Assembly (NCBI GenBank): GCA_943357105.1
Contig: CALRGC010000005.1
Span: 24,310-58,418 of the forward strand
Source: Candidatus Magasanikiibacteriota bacterium
Lineage (GTDB): Bacteria; Patescibacteriota; Patescibacteriia; Magasanikbacterales; GWA2-37-8
Reading direction: 5' to 3'
DNA length: 34,109 nt
Part shown: one piece after another, positions 18,759 to 27,536 of the stretch
Layout: each line of letters starts with the position of its first letter
Position numbering within the stretch: the first letter of the stretch is position 1
Notes under the pieces: model-generated
Told to the model about the DNA's origin: nothing
The model's database searches: none
What the model saw: the letters and a program-made list of their open reading frames with translations, nothing else
Position numbers and translations under genes: made by a program

Positions 18759-19397
18759 ATGTTTGATTATAGTTTTATTGATTTAGATGACACTCTTTTT
18801 AGTACTTATATCTTTAAAAAAGATATTTTTGGTTGTTTCTCTTTGTGTGGGGTGACGCCGGAAGATTATCAAATGACTTATAAGCAGGCGGTGTTTGGTC
18901 CAGTAGTGGGGTATTTTGATTACACCTTTAAAAAACATGCCGATATTTTGAGAGAAAATGGTTATGAGATTCCGGACCGAACCGTGGAAGATTTAAATAA
19001 TTTATTTAAAAAAGATTATAAAGATCAGCAAGCGGAGGAATTTTTGACCGCTTTAAAAAAATTTAGCAATAAATTAATTTTGTTGACTGCCGGTGAAAAA
19101 AATATTCAACAAAAAAAGATTGACTCTACCGGTTTGGCTAAATATTTTGATGAAATAGTGATAATCGATGGTGGCAAAGGTCAAAAAATTATCAGTATGG
19201 TTGGTCGGACAGAGAAAATCTTATTTGTTAATGATAATTTGATAGAAAATCTCCAAATTAAAAATGAGCTACCAAATATATTGGTGGTGGCCAAAAAAAA
19301 TCCAACTTTATGGACCGAGGAAGATTATCAAAGCGCTGGAATGCCATATTTCCATACCTTAAACGAAATAAAAGATTATGTCAGTCGATCTATCTAA
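18759..19397 (+). CDS. HAD-superfamily hydrolase
   Basis: DLDDTL motif I, LLTAG motif II, FVNDN motif IV. Confidence 0.8.
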   Translation: MFDYSFIDLDDTLFSTYIFKKDIFGCFSLCGVTPEDYQMTYKQAVFGPVVGYFDYTFKKHADILRENGYEIPDRTVEDLNNLFKKDYKDQQAEEFLTALKKFSNKLILLTAGEKNIQQKKIDSTGLAKYFDEIVIIDGGKGQKIISMVGRTEKILFVNDNLIENLQIKNELPNILVVAKKNPTLWTEEDYQSAGMPYFHTLNEIKDYVSRSI

Positions 19398-20139
19398 AGT
19401 AGGCGTAGTTATAATGTCCGCCGGCAAAGGTACGCGCCTCAATTGTACCAATAAGCCCAAAGTAATGCTCGAAATTGGTGGTAAACCAATAGTGTCTTAT
19501 GCGGTTTTAACTTTGCAAAGTCTTGGTTTTAAAAAAGAACAGATCTGTTTGGTAGTAGGTTTTAAAAAAGAACAGATTGAAGATTATTTTAAAGACACTG
19601 TCAGCTATGCTAATCAAGCGGAGCAATTGGGTACTGCCCACGCCGCCTATATTGGAATGAAAAGCTTGCCACCCGCGATAGAGCAAGTCTTGGTAATGGG
19701 CGGAGATGACGGCGCTTTTTATACCGCGAAAACTTTGGAAAATTTAATTGTAGAACATTTAAAAAATTATTCCACAGTCACTTTGCTCAGTGCCAAGGTG
19801 GATGATCCCGCTAGTTTTGGCCGAGTAATCAGAGATGAAGAGGGAATAAAGGTGGTAGAAAAAGAATATTTAACCCCAGAACAAAAAAATATTAATGAGG
19901 TTAGTACCGGGACATATATCTTTAATAGAAATTGGTACCAAAATGCTTTTCCACGAATGCCAAAGTTGCGTAAGTTGGGCGAATATGGTCTGAATGTTTC
20001 GCTGGTGATGGCCCAAGAAGAAAATAAAAAAGTGGCCGTTGTGGAATTACCCAATAATAATGAATGGCAAGGGATAAATACTTTGGCAGAATTGGAGTTG
20101 GCTAACAAATTAAAACAACAAATTAAAACAACAAAATAA
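19378..20139 (+). CDS. GlmU-like uridyltransferase domain only (no acetyltransferase beta-helix)
   Basis: SAGKGTRL, KPKV, QLGTAHA, FGRVIR, EVSTGTY, GINTLAEL, then stop at 253 aa. Confidence 0.85.
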   Translation: MSVDLSKVGVVIMSAGKGTRLNCTNKPKVMLEIGGKPIVSYAVLTLQSLGFKKEQICLVVGFKKEQIEDYFKDTVSYANQAEQLGTAHAAYIGMKSLPPAIEQVLVMGGDDGAFYTAKTLENLIVEHLKNYSTVTLLSAKVDDPASFGRVIRDEEGIKVVEKEYLTPEQKNINEVSTGTYIFNRNWYQNAFPRMPKLRKLGEYGLNVSLVMAQEENKKVAVVELPNNNEWQGINTLAELELANKLKQQIKTTK

Positions 20140-20153
20140 TTAATTTAAAAAAT

Positions 20154-21977
20154 ATGTGCGGAATTGTCGGATATATTGGAAAAAAAGAAGCGTTGCCGAT
20201 TTTAATAAACGGTTTGCGCCGTTTGGAATACCGTGGCTATGATAGTGCTGGCGTGGCGATTTTTCAGGATGGAAAAATAAAAAAAACCAAAGCAGTTGGT
20301 AAGATAGATAGTTTGGCGCAAAAAGTAAAATCCGCTGATTTGGTCGGCAATGTCGGCGTAGCTCATACTCGATGGGCGACCCACGGCGGTGTTACCGAAG
20401 AAAATGCTCATCCGCACTACGGTTGTCATGATGATTTGGTAATTTGTCACAATGGGATTATTGAAAATTATCGTGAACTTAAAGAGAAGTTTTTATCCGG
20501 ACATAATATTAAATCTCAAACCGATACGGAAATTTTAGCCCATCTGGTAGAGGTCTTTTATGAAGGTAATCTATTGGCGGCGGTGCAAAAGGCATTGGCG
20601 GAAGTGCGGGGCACCTATGGTTTGGTAGCCATGCATGCTTCTGAACCAAACAAAATTATTGCCGCCCGTTTAGGTAGTCCGTTGGTGGTGGGTGTTGGCG
20701 AAGATGAATATTATATTGCTTCGGATACTTCACCGATGTTGGCTCACACTAAAAATGTAGTATTTTTAGATGATGGTGAGGTGGCCGAAATTACCCTTAA
20801 TTCTTTAAAAATTTTTAATGTTGATCATAAAAAAATAGATAAAAATATCGAAAAAATAGAATGGAATGAAGCGCAAGCGCAAAAGCAAGGGTTTGATAAT
20901 TTTATGCTTAAAGAAATTTTTGATCAGCCAACGGTAGTCAAAGACGCGATTCGTGGTCGCTATAGTTTAGAAGACGGTACGGCCCATTTAGGCGGTCTAA
21001 ATATGACGGATGAAGAAATGCATCAGGTGAAACGCGTGGTGATGTTGTCTTGCGGTACCGCTTATTATGCCGGTCTAGTGGGGAAATATGCTTTTGAGCG
21101 TTTGGCCGGGTTACCGACTGAAGCGGATGTGGCCAGTGAATTTCGTTACCGTGATCCGATTATTGATAAACACACTTTGGTTTTTGCTATTTCCCAATCT
21201 GGTGAAACGGCCGATACTATCGCCGCTTTGCGCGAAGCCAAACGCAAAGGCGCTTTTGTGCGGGGAATTGTCAATGTGGTAGGATCCACTATCGCGCGTG
21301 AAACTGATGGCGGTACTTATATTCATGCCGGACCGGAGTTGGCCGTGGCTTCTACCAAGGCTTATACTAATATGGTCGCGGTTTTAATTCTGTACGCTCT
21401 GCAATATGGCCGTCTCAATCGAGTGAGTGTGGCCACAGGCGAAAGATTACTTCATGCGCTTTTGGAGATTCCAGAAAAGATGAAATTGGTTTTAGCTCAA
21501 AGTGATAAGATAAAAAGCATAGCGCAAAAATATAAAAATTATACCGATTGTATATTCTTGGGACGAGGTATTAATTATCCGGTAGCTCTGGAGGGCGCGC
21601 TCAAACTAAAAGAAATTTCCTATATTCATAGTGAAGCTTATCCGGGTGGTGAAATGAAGCATGGTCCGATTGCCCTTTTGTCCGAAAATTTTCCAATTAT
21701 TGCGATTGCCACCAAAAATCAGCTTTATGAAAAAATGATTAGCAATATCCAAGAAGCTAAAGCGCGTAAAGCGCCGGTAATTTTGATCGCGACCGATGGC
21801 GATACTGAAGCGAAAGATTTGGCTGATAATGTCATCTATGTCCCACAAACTATGGAATTGCTGGAACCGCTCGTAAATACTCTGGCGTTGCAGCTTTTTT
21901 CGTATCACACGGCGGTGTTGCTTGGGAAAGATGTAGATCGTCCAAGAAATTTAGCCAAAAGTGTAACCGTAGAATAA
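20154..21977 (+). CDS. glmS: Glutamine--fructose-6-phosphate aminotransferase
   Basis: MCGIVG, EYRGYDSAG, HTRWATHG, SQSGETAD, VASTKAY, PRNLAKSVTVE. Confidence 0.98.
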   Translation: MCGIVGYIGKKEALPILINGLRRLEYRGYDSAGVAIFQDGKIKKTKAVGKIDSLAQKVKSADLVGNVGVAHTRWATHGGVTEENAHPHYGCHDDLVICHNGIIENYRELKEKFLSGHNIKSQTDTEILAHLVEVFYEGNLLAAVQKALAEVRGTYGLVAMHASEPNKIIAARLGSPLVVGVGEDEYYIASDTSPMLAHTKNVVFLDDGEVAEITLNSLKIFNVDHKKIDKNIEKIEWNEAQAQKQGFDNFMLKEIFDQPTVVKDAIRGRYSLEDGTAHLGGLNMTDEEMHQVKRVVMLSCGTAYYAGLVGKYAFERLAGLPTEADVASEFRYRDPIIDKHTLVFAISQSGETADTIAALREAKRKGAFVRGIVNVVGSTIARETDGGTYIHAGPELAVASTKAYTNMVAVLILYALQYGRLNRVSVATGERLLHALLEIPEKMKLVLAQSDKIKSIAQKYKNYTDCIFLGRGINYPVALEGALKLKEISYIHSEAYPGGEMKHGPIALLSENFPIIAIATKNQLYEKMISNIQEAKARKAPVILIATDGDTEAKDLADNVIYVPQTMELLEPLVNTLALQLFSYHTAVLLGKDVDRPRNLAKSVTVE

Positions 21978-21979
21978 CT

Positions 21980-22633
21980 ATGTCTAAAAAGTTTAAAGCG
22001 GTAATTTTTGATATGGATGGTGTGCTGATTGATAGTGAGCAATATTGGGGCGCGGCCGAAGAAGGATTTTTAAATAAATATAAAATGACTTCAACTGAGG
22101 AAATGAGTATATTATTTACCGGCAGAAGTGAAATTCAAAATGTAACTTGGATGAAAGAAAAATTTAATTTGCCAGGCACGCTGGAAGATCTTATAAAAGA
22201 AAGACGAAGTTACACGGACAGAATATATAGTGATAGAATTAGACCACTACCGCTGGTAGAAAGTTTACTATCCAAGATCAGTTTGATTTACCCACAAGCC
22301 ATTGCTTCCGGCGCGCGCCATGATCTGATCAATGAAGTGGTAGACAAATTTAGTTGGAGAAATTATTTTAAACTTTTAATTTCTAGTGATGATGTTGGTC
22401 ATATAGGTAAGCCAGACCCAGCTATTTATCTGCACACGGCCGATAAATTAGGCGTTAGACCAGAAGATTGTTTGGTATTTGAAGACGCGCAAAACGGAGT
22501 AGTGTCGGCCAAGAATGCCGGCATGAGTTGCGTGGCTTTGATTAATCAACCGTGGACCCGCGGCGATTATTCTTTGGCTGATTTGCAAATTGATTCTTTT
22601 GGCGATGAGCGAATAAATGAACTTTTATTTTAA
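21980..22633 (+). CDS. HAD-family sugar phosphatase / beta-phosphoglucomutase-like protein
   Basis: FDMDGVLIDSE, GKPDPAIY, FEDAQNG. Confidence 0.88.
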   Translation: MSKKFKAVIFDMDGVLIDSEQYWGAAEEGFLNKYKMTSTEEMSILFTGRSEIQNVTWMKEKFNLPGTLEDLIKERRSYTDRIYSDRIRPLPLVESLLSKISLIYPQAIASGARHDLINEVVDKFSWRNYFKLLISSDDVGHIGKPDPAIYLHTADKLGVRPEDCLVFEDAQNGVVSAKNAGMSCVALINQPWTRGDYSLADLQIDSFGDERINELLF

Positions 22634-22635
22634 AT

Positions 22636-23586
22636 ATGAAAAAGAAAGTAGTCGTACTCGGTGGGGGCAATGGTAGCGCGGTGTCGCTGGTGGCTTTGAA
22701 ACAAAATATTGATAGGTTTGATATTTCTGGTATTGTGGCGATGAGCGATTCGGGTGGATCTTCGGGGAGATTACGCCAAGAATTTGGTGTTTTGCCACCC
22801 GGAGATATTATGCGCGCGGTTTTGGCACTTTCAAGATATGAATATCCGCTCCTTAAGAAAATTTTTTATACCAATCGTTTTGATAGCGTCGATAAATTAA
22901 ATAAACACAATCTGGGAAATATATTTTTGACTTTGGCCACGAAGTATACCGGAGAATTGATCTCGGCCGTGCGCGCCCTAGAGCAAAGTGTGGAAGCGCA
23001 GGGTAAAATATATCCGGCTACTTTGGAAAGTTCGGATTTGGTAGCGGAGTTAACTAATGGCCAACAAATTTTTAGTGAGTCAAAAATCGATGAGCCGGAA
23101 TACGATCGCAATTTGAAAATTAAAAAAGTATTTTTAGAACCAAAAGTCAAAGTTTATACTGAAACAGTCAAGGTAATTGAATCCGCCGACTATATTATGC
23201 TAAGTCCCGGTAGTCTCTATACCAGCGTAGTGGCCACTTTGTTGCCAGCGGGCATGCCAGAGGCGATTAAGAATAGTAACGCCAAGATAATTTTTGCAGT
23301 TGGCAACGCTTATCGCACCGACAGTGAAACCGGCCCGGAAGATGTGGCTGGTGCCGTGCGAGAGTTGCAACAATATTTACCGCGTAAAATTGATCTGGTT
23401 TTGCATAATAATCATCAATTGACTGCGGCGGAAAATAAAAAGTATAAAGAAAAAAATTGGGGAGTATTGTTGGATAATTCTAAAGAATTAAAAGAATATA
23501 AAGTAATTAGTTTTGATTATGAACGAGCGGGCGGCGGATTATGTTCGATAAAATTAGGAAAAAAATTAAAAGAAGTTTTGAAATAA
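22636..23586 (+). CDS. yvcK: YvcK/GlmR-family protein (gluconeogenesis factor, UDP-GlcNAc-binding)
   Basis: GGGNG, SDSGGSSGRLR, PPGDI, HNLGN, SPGSLYTS. Confidence 0.9.
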   Translation: MKKKVVVLGGGNGSAVSLVALKQNIDRFDISGIVAMSDSGGSSGRLRQEFGVLPPGDIMRAVLALSRYEYPLLKKIFYTNRFDSVDKLNKHNLGNIFLTLATKYTGELISAVRALEQSVEAQGKIYPATLESSDLVAELTNGQQIFSESKIDEPEYDRNLKIKKVFLEPKVKVYTETVKVIESADYIMLSPGSLYTSVVATLLPAGMPEAIKNSNAKIIFAVGNAYRTDSETGPEDVAGAVRELQQYLPRKIDLVLHNNHQLTAAENKKYKEKNWGVLLDNSKELKEYKVISFDYERAGGGLCSIKLGKKLKEVLK

Positions 23587-23587
23587 T

Positions 23588-23917
23588 ATGAACATTAAAA
23601 AAACTGAAAAACAAACAGTGGGGATAAAAATATCGGTAGAGGAGGAAGGGGTAGAGTTGGGAAGAGCTTGGCTATATCTGGTATATAATGATCTGCATGC
23701 CGAACCTTATGGGTTACTTGAAGATGTGTTTGTAAATGAAGATGTGCGTGGCCAGGGTGTGGGCAATGAATTGCTGAAAAATGCGATAGCGGAAGCTAAG
23801 AGTAAAGGCTGTTATAAATTAATTGGCACCAGCCGAAAGAGCCGAGAAAATGTGCACGCTTGGTATAAGAAATTAGGATTTGAGGATTATGGATTAGAGT
23901 TTAGAATGGATCTTTAA
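23588..23917 (+). CDS. Small GNAT acetyltransferase
   Basis: LEDVFV, RGQGVG acetyl-CoA motif A, GCYKL, WYKKLGF. Confidence 0.88.
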   Translation: MNIKKTEKQTVGIKISVEEEGVELGRAWLYLVYNDLHAEPYGLLEDVFVNEDVRGQGVGNELLKNAIAEAKSKGCYKLIGTSRKSRENVHAWYKKLGFEDYGLEFRMDL

Positions 23918-23929
23918 AAATAAAATTAA

Positions 23930-23957
23930 AAACATTCCGGGTTTAATCGGAATGTTT
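23930..23957. terminator. Bidirectional terminator-like hairpin
   Basis: aaacattccg/cggaatgttt between convergent genes. Confidence 0.6.
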
Positions 23958-24024
23958 AAATGGTAGGACTACCCGACCGGACACGCAAACTGCGCGCCGG
24001 TCGGGTGTTCCAGACCTGTGGTGG

Positions 24025-24279
24025 TCAACCCTGGAAGCACTGCTGAGCTTCGGCGGCGGAAACCGAGCTGGGCAAGCTTGCGTTCATGGTCATCCGAAAC
24101 TGGCCGGAGCGGGCGATTTCGCCACGCTTGGCATCGAGCGCCACCCACACGTACCAGGGCGGAGTGTCTTCGCCGGGGATCTGCCAGCGTTCGAAGATGA
24201 AGACGCCAGTCATGTCGACCCGCGCCAACAGTTCGGACAGTTCGCTTTTCTGGGAATCTGCAAAACGACGAGCAGCCAT
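24025..24279 (-). CDS. Orphan 84-aa protein in a GC-rich patch
   Basis: GAGGTG SD just before the ATG; downstream of the SAM riboswitch; followed by a GC-rich hairpin at 23971-24006. Confidence 0.6.
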   Translation of the reverse strand: MAARRFADSQKSELSELLARVDMTGVFIFERWQIPGEDTPPWYVWVALDAKRGEIARSGQFRMTMNASLPSSVSAAEAQQCFQG

Positions 24280-24372
24280 GTTCACCTCACACAGGTCGGG
24301 AAAGTTGAGATCCGACCTACACCTTTAGATAATTCGTAAAATTATTTAAAAGTGTAAGTCGAATCTACAAAT

Positions 24373-24403
24373 AAAAAACTGTTATCCCAAAGAAAGATAA
24401 CAG
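24373..24403 (-). terminator. Riboswitch expression-platform terminator
   Basis: Minus-strand ctgttatc/gataacag followed by TTTTTT. Confidence 0.75.
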
Positions 24404-24435
24404 ACTACAAGCAAACTGTTCCCGTTTAAAACGGG

Positions 24436-24528
24436 CGAATCTTTCCCTAAATAGGGTCGGAATTAGCACCCTGGAGGGGGTTGCTGGGTGGTCGTAGGGC
24501 CGAATCCCTCGCACCGCTCTAGATAAAT
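24436..24528 (-). promoter_or_regulatory. SAM-I (S-box) riboswitch aptamer
   Basis: Minus strand reads TTATCTAGAGCGGTGCGAGGGATTCGGCCCTACGACCACCCAGCAACC...GGTGCTAATTCC-P4-GAAAGAT, matching the S-box consensus. Confidence 0.88.
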
Positions 24529-24540
24529 TTTCCAACTAAT

Positions 24541-24572
24541 ATTATACTAACGTAAGTAATTAAAATTGTCAA
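24541..24572 (-). promoter_or_regulatory. Promoter for the riboswitch transcript
   Basis: TTGACA(24572-24567)-N17-TAGTAT(AAT). Confidence 0.6.
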
Positions 24573-24578
24573 TATCCT

Positions 24579-25472
24579 ATGTCAACGTCAACTTTATCAA
24601 TATTATCTACCCTACCTAGTGCGGATTACGAATTGCTCGATAGTGGTGATGGCGAAAAATTGGAACGCTATGGAAGAGTGGTTTTTCGTCGTCCAGATCC
24701 CCAGGCTCTATGGAAGAAAAATTTGTCACTAAATAAAGATTGGGGCAACGCTCATGCTGTTTTTATCCGTGACGGTCGGGCGGCAGACTGGAATATTCGC
24801 CCCGGTACTCCAGAAAAATGGACCATAAATTTTGGCGGATTGAAATTTCATATTCGTCCCACTGCTTTCAAACACACCGGACTTTTTCCAGAGCAAGAAG
24901 GAAATTGGAATTGGATGCGTGAAGTAATTAAAAAGCGTCTGCCAAAACAAAAAGAGATTAATGTTTTAAATTTGTTTGGTTATACTGGCGGTGCTAGTCT
25001 GGCTTGTGCTCAAGCTGGCGCACAAGTATGTCATGTCGATGGATCCAAAGTAGCGATTGGTTGGGCACGCGACAATGCCGAATTATCCGGACTTAAAGAA
25101 AAACCAATTCGCTGGATTTTGGACGACGCGGTGGAATTTGTAAAACGTGAAGTAAAGCGTGGTAAAAAATATGACGGCATTTTGATGGATCCACCGGCTT
25201 TTGGTCATGGACCAAATGGTGAGATGTGGAAGATTGAAAAAGATTTTACCGATTTGGTGGAAATGTGTAGCCAAATTTTGTCGGATAAACCATTGTTCTT
25301 CCTATTGAATGGATATGCCAGTGGTTATTCCGCGATTGCTTATGAAAACAATCTGCAAGCGCTCTTAAAGAAATATGGCGGCGAAATAGAAAAAGGGGAA
25401 TTGACTTTGCAAGAAAGTAAAAGTGGGCGTTTGTTGCCGTGCGGTATTTTTGCGCGGTGGAGTAGTAAATAA
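24579..25472 (+). CDS. Class I SAM-dependent methyltransferase, RlmI/RlmK-like
   Basis: YELLDSG, HTGLFPEQ, VLNLFGYTGG, MDPPAF. Confidence 0.88.
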   Translation: MSTSTLSILSTLPSADYELLDSGDGEKLERYGRVVFRRPDPQALWKKNLSLNKDWGNAHAVFIRDGRAADWNIRPGTPEKWTINFGGLKFHIRPTAFKHTGLFPEQEGNWNWMREVIKKRLPKQKEINVLNLFGYTGGASLACAQAGAQVCHVDGSKVAIGWARDNAELSGLKEKPIRWILDDAVEFVKREVKRGKKYDGILMDPPAFGHGPNGEMWKIEKDFTDLVEMCSQILSDKPLFFLLNGYASGYSAIAYENNLQALLKKYGGEIEKGELTLQESKSGRLLPCGIFARWSSK

Positions 25473-25481
25473 TTTTTGTCT

Positions 25482-26627
25482 ATGAACTTATACGAATTTG
25501 AAGGAAAAAATATTTTTAAAAAATTTGGAATTAATACGCCAAAATCTGTTTTATTACGTCGCACAGATAATGTAGGAGAAAAATATGATGAGCTTGGGAT
25601 AAAAGATGTAGTGCTCAAGGCCCAAGTATTATCCGGTAAACGGGGTAAAAACAATGGTATTTTATTTGTCGGGAATGCCAGTGAAGCCAAAGAGGCGACT
25701 GAGAAAATATTTTCTAACAATATTCGCGGTCAATATGTGGCCGCGGTATTGATGGAAGAAAAATTGGAAATTGTACAGGAACATTATCTGTCTATTACTT
25801 ATGATACCAACAAAAAACAGCCGGTCTTGGTGTATTCCAAAGAGGGCGGCATGGATATCGAAGACGTGCCGGAAGAAAAAATTCAAAAACAATATTTTGA
25901 TATTCGTCAAAATGAAATAGAATCGGACATCCCATTCGCCAAAGAATTGTGGAAATGTTTTTTGCAAAGTGATGCGCGAGTGGTGGAAATAAATCCATTG
26001 GTAATTACTGGTAGTGGAGAAAAAATTGCGGCCGATGCCAAAGTGGCGTTGGATGACGACGCTTTTTTTCGCCACAAAGATTGGGAATTTGAACCACGTA
26101 CCATGCTTGGTCGCTTACCGACCGAAAGAGAAAGCGCGGTTGGGAAAATTGATGAAGGGGAAAATTATTATCGTGGAACAGCCGGTAAATATATTGAAAT
26201 GGATGGCGATATCGCCGTATTATTTTCTGGCGGTGGCGCAAGTATCGCCAATATGGACGCGCTGATGCAAGTCGGTTTGAAGGCAGCCAATTATACGGAA
26301 TATTCTGGAAATCCGCCGCGTGAAAAAGTGGCCCAGTTGGCAAAATTGGTTTTATCCAAACCAGGTTTGCGCGGGCTTTGGATTGCTGGTGGTGTGGCCA
26401 ATTTTACGGATATTGCGGCTACGTTTAGTGGTATTATAGATGCTTTGGATGAAGTGAGACCGGCCTATCCAATCGTGGTGCGTCGGGCTGGCCCAAATGA
26501 AGATGAAGGCAAAAGATTGATGCGTGAATGTGCACAGCGTAATAGTCTTAATTTGAAAATTTTTGGAAAAGAAGTAGCGATGGGCGCGACCGTGACCGCG
26601 TTGGTAGATATGATTAACAAAAAATAA
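25482..26627 (+). CDS. ATP-citrate lyase beta / citryl-CoA synthetase large subunit (ATP-grasp plus citrate-binding domain)
   Basis: NLYEFEGK, EINPL, DAKVALDD, GGGAS, NYTEYSGNP, GGVANFT, VRRAGPN. Confidence 0.85.
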   Translation: MNLYEFEGKNIFKKFGINTPKSVLLRRTDNVGEKYDELGIKDVVLKAQVLSGKRGKNNGILFVGNASEAKEATEKIFSNNIRGQYVAAVLMEEKLEIVQEHYLSITYDTNKKQPVLVYSKEGGMDIEDVPEEKIQKQYFDIRQNEIESDIPFAKELWKCFLQSDARVVEINPLVITGSGEKIAADAKVALDDDAFFRHKDWEFEPRTMLGRLPTERESAVGKIDEGENYYRGTAGKYIEMDGDIAVLFSGGGASIANMDALMQVGLKAANYTEYSGNPPREKVAQLAKLVLSKPGLRGLWIAGGVANFTDIAATFSGIIDALDEVRPAYPIVVRRAGPNEDEGKRLMRECAQRNSLNLKIFGKEVAMGATVTALVDMINKK

Positions 26628-26628
26628 T

Positions 26629-27525
26629 ATGTCTATTTTGATAAATAAAAATACCAAAGTTTTGGTGCAGGGCATTACTGGCAAAGAAGGACAAAAAGCC
26701 GCCGCCGCGATGCGTGAATATGGCACACAAGTGGTAGCTGGTGTGCGCCCGGGGAAAGGTGGAGAAAATGTTGATGGTGTGCCGGTATATAATTCGGTAA
26801 AAGAAGCGATGGCCGCTCATCCGGATATTTCTACTACCACCATTTATGTGCCACCATTTGCGGCCAAGGAAGCAATTTTGGAGGCCATAGAAAATAATAT
26901 TGCGATTATCAATACAATTGTAGAAAGAATCCCAATTCAAGATACTGCTTATTGTTTGGCCGCGGCCAAAGAAAAAAATATTCGCCTCATTGGTCCAAGT
27001 TCGCTTGGCTATATCAGTCCGGGCGAAGGACGGGTTGGTGTGGTCGGTGGCCCAAAAGTTTTGGCAGATGAAGTTTTTCAGCCGGGGAGCATTGGTTTGA
27101 TTTCTCGTTCCGGTGGCATGACCAATGAACTTTCTTGGCAAATTCGTAAAGCTGGTTTGGGACAGAGTACGGCCGTGCACGTTGGTGGTGACTTGTTGAT
27201 GGGGACCACTTATACTGATTTGTTAAAATTGTTTGAAAATGATGAGCAAACAAAAGCGGTGATAATTTTTGGCGAGCATGGTGGAGGATATGAATTTGAA
27301 GTGGTAGAGATGATAAAAAATAAAGAGTTTACCAAACCATTGGCGGTATATGTTGGGGGTAAGTTTGCCGATCTTTTTCCAGAGGGTATGAATATTGGTC
27401 ATGCCGGCGCCATTGTTGATCGTGGTCAGAGCGCGGAAGAAAAAGAATACGCGTTGAAATCGGCGGGAACTCTAGTCGCTGACACTTACGAAGAATTAGT
27501 AAAAAAAATTAAAATTTTCGCATAA
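26629..27525 (+). CDS. Citryl-CoA synthetase small subunit (SucD-like, ACL alpha N-terminal part)
   Basis: VQGITG, LIGP, SRSGGMTNEL, GHAGA phospho-His motif. Confidence 0.85.
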   Translation: MSILINKNTKVLVQGITGKEGQKAAAAMREYGTQVVAGVRPGKGGENVDGVPVYNSVKEAMAAHPDISTTTIYVPPFAAKEAILEAIENNIAIINTIVERIPIQDTAYCLAAAKEKNIRLIGPSSLGYISPGEGRVGVVGGPKVLADEVFQPGSIGLISRSGGMTNELSWQIRKAGLGQSTAVHVGGDLLMGTTYTDLLKLFENDEQTKAVIIFGEHGGGYEFEVVEMIKNKEFTKPLAVYVGGKFADLFPEGMNIGHAGAIVDRGQSAEEKEYALKSAGTLVADTYEELVKKIKIFA

Positions 27526-27536
27526 TAATTTTATAT

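Noticed and set aside
20140-20153. glmS ribozyme
   Set aside because: Only 14 nt separate the genes, and no ribozyme core is visible
24018-24328. Plus-strand 60-aa and 80-aa ORFs in the second GC-rich patch
   Set aside because: No initiation signals; the riboswitch and SD point to the minus frame
25482-27525. Ordinary succinyl-CoA synthetase sucCD
   Set aside because: SCS motifs (NGAGLAM, NIFGGI, SGTLTYE) are replaced by ACL-type motifs, and a citryl-CoA lyase is adjacent
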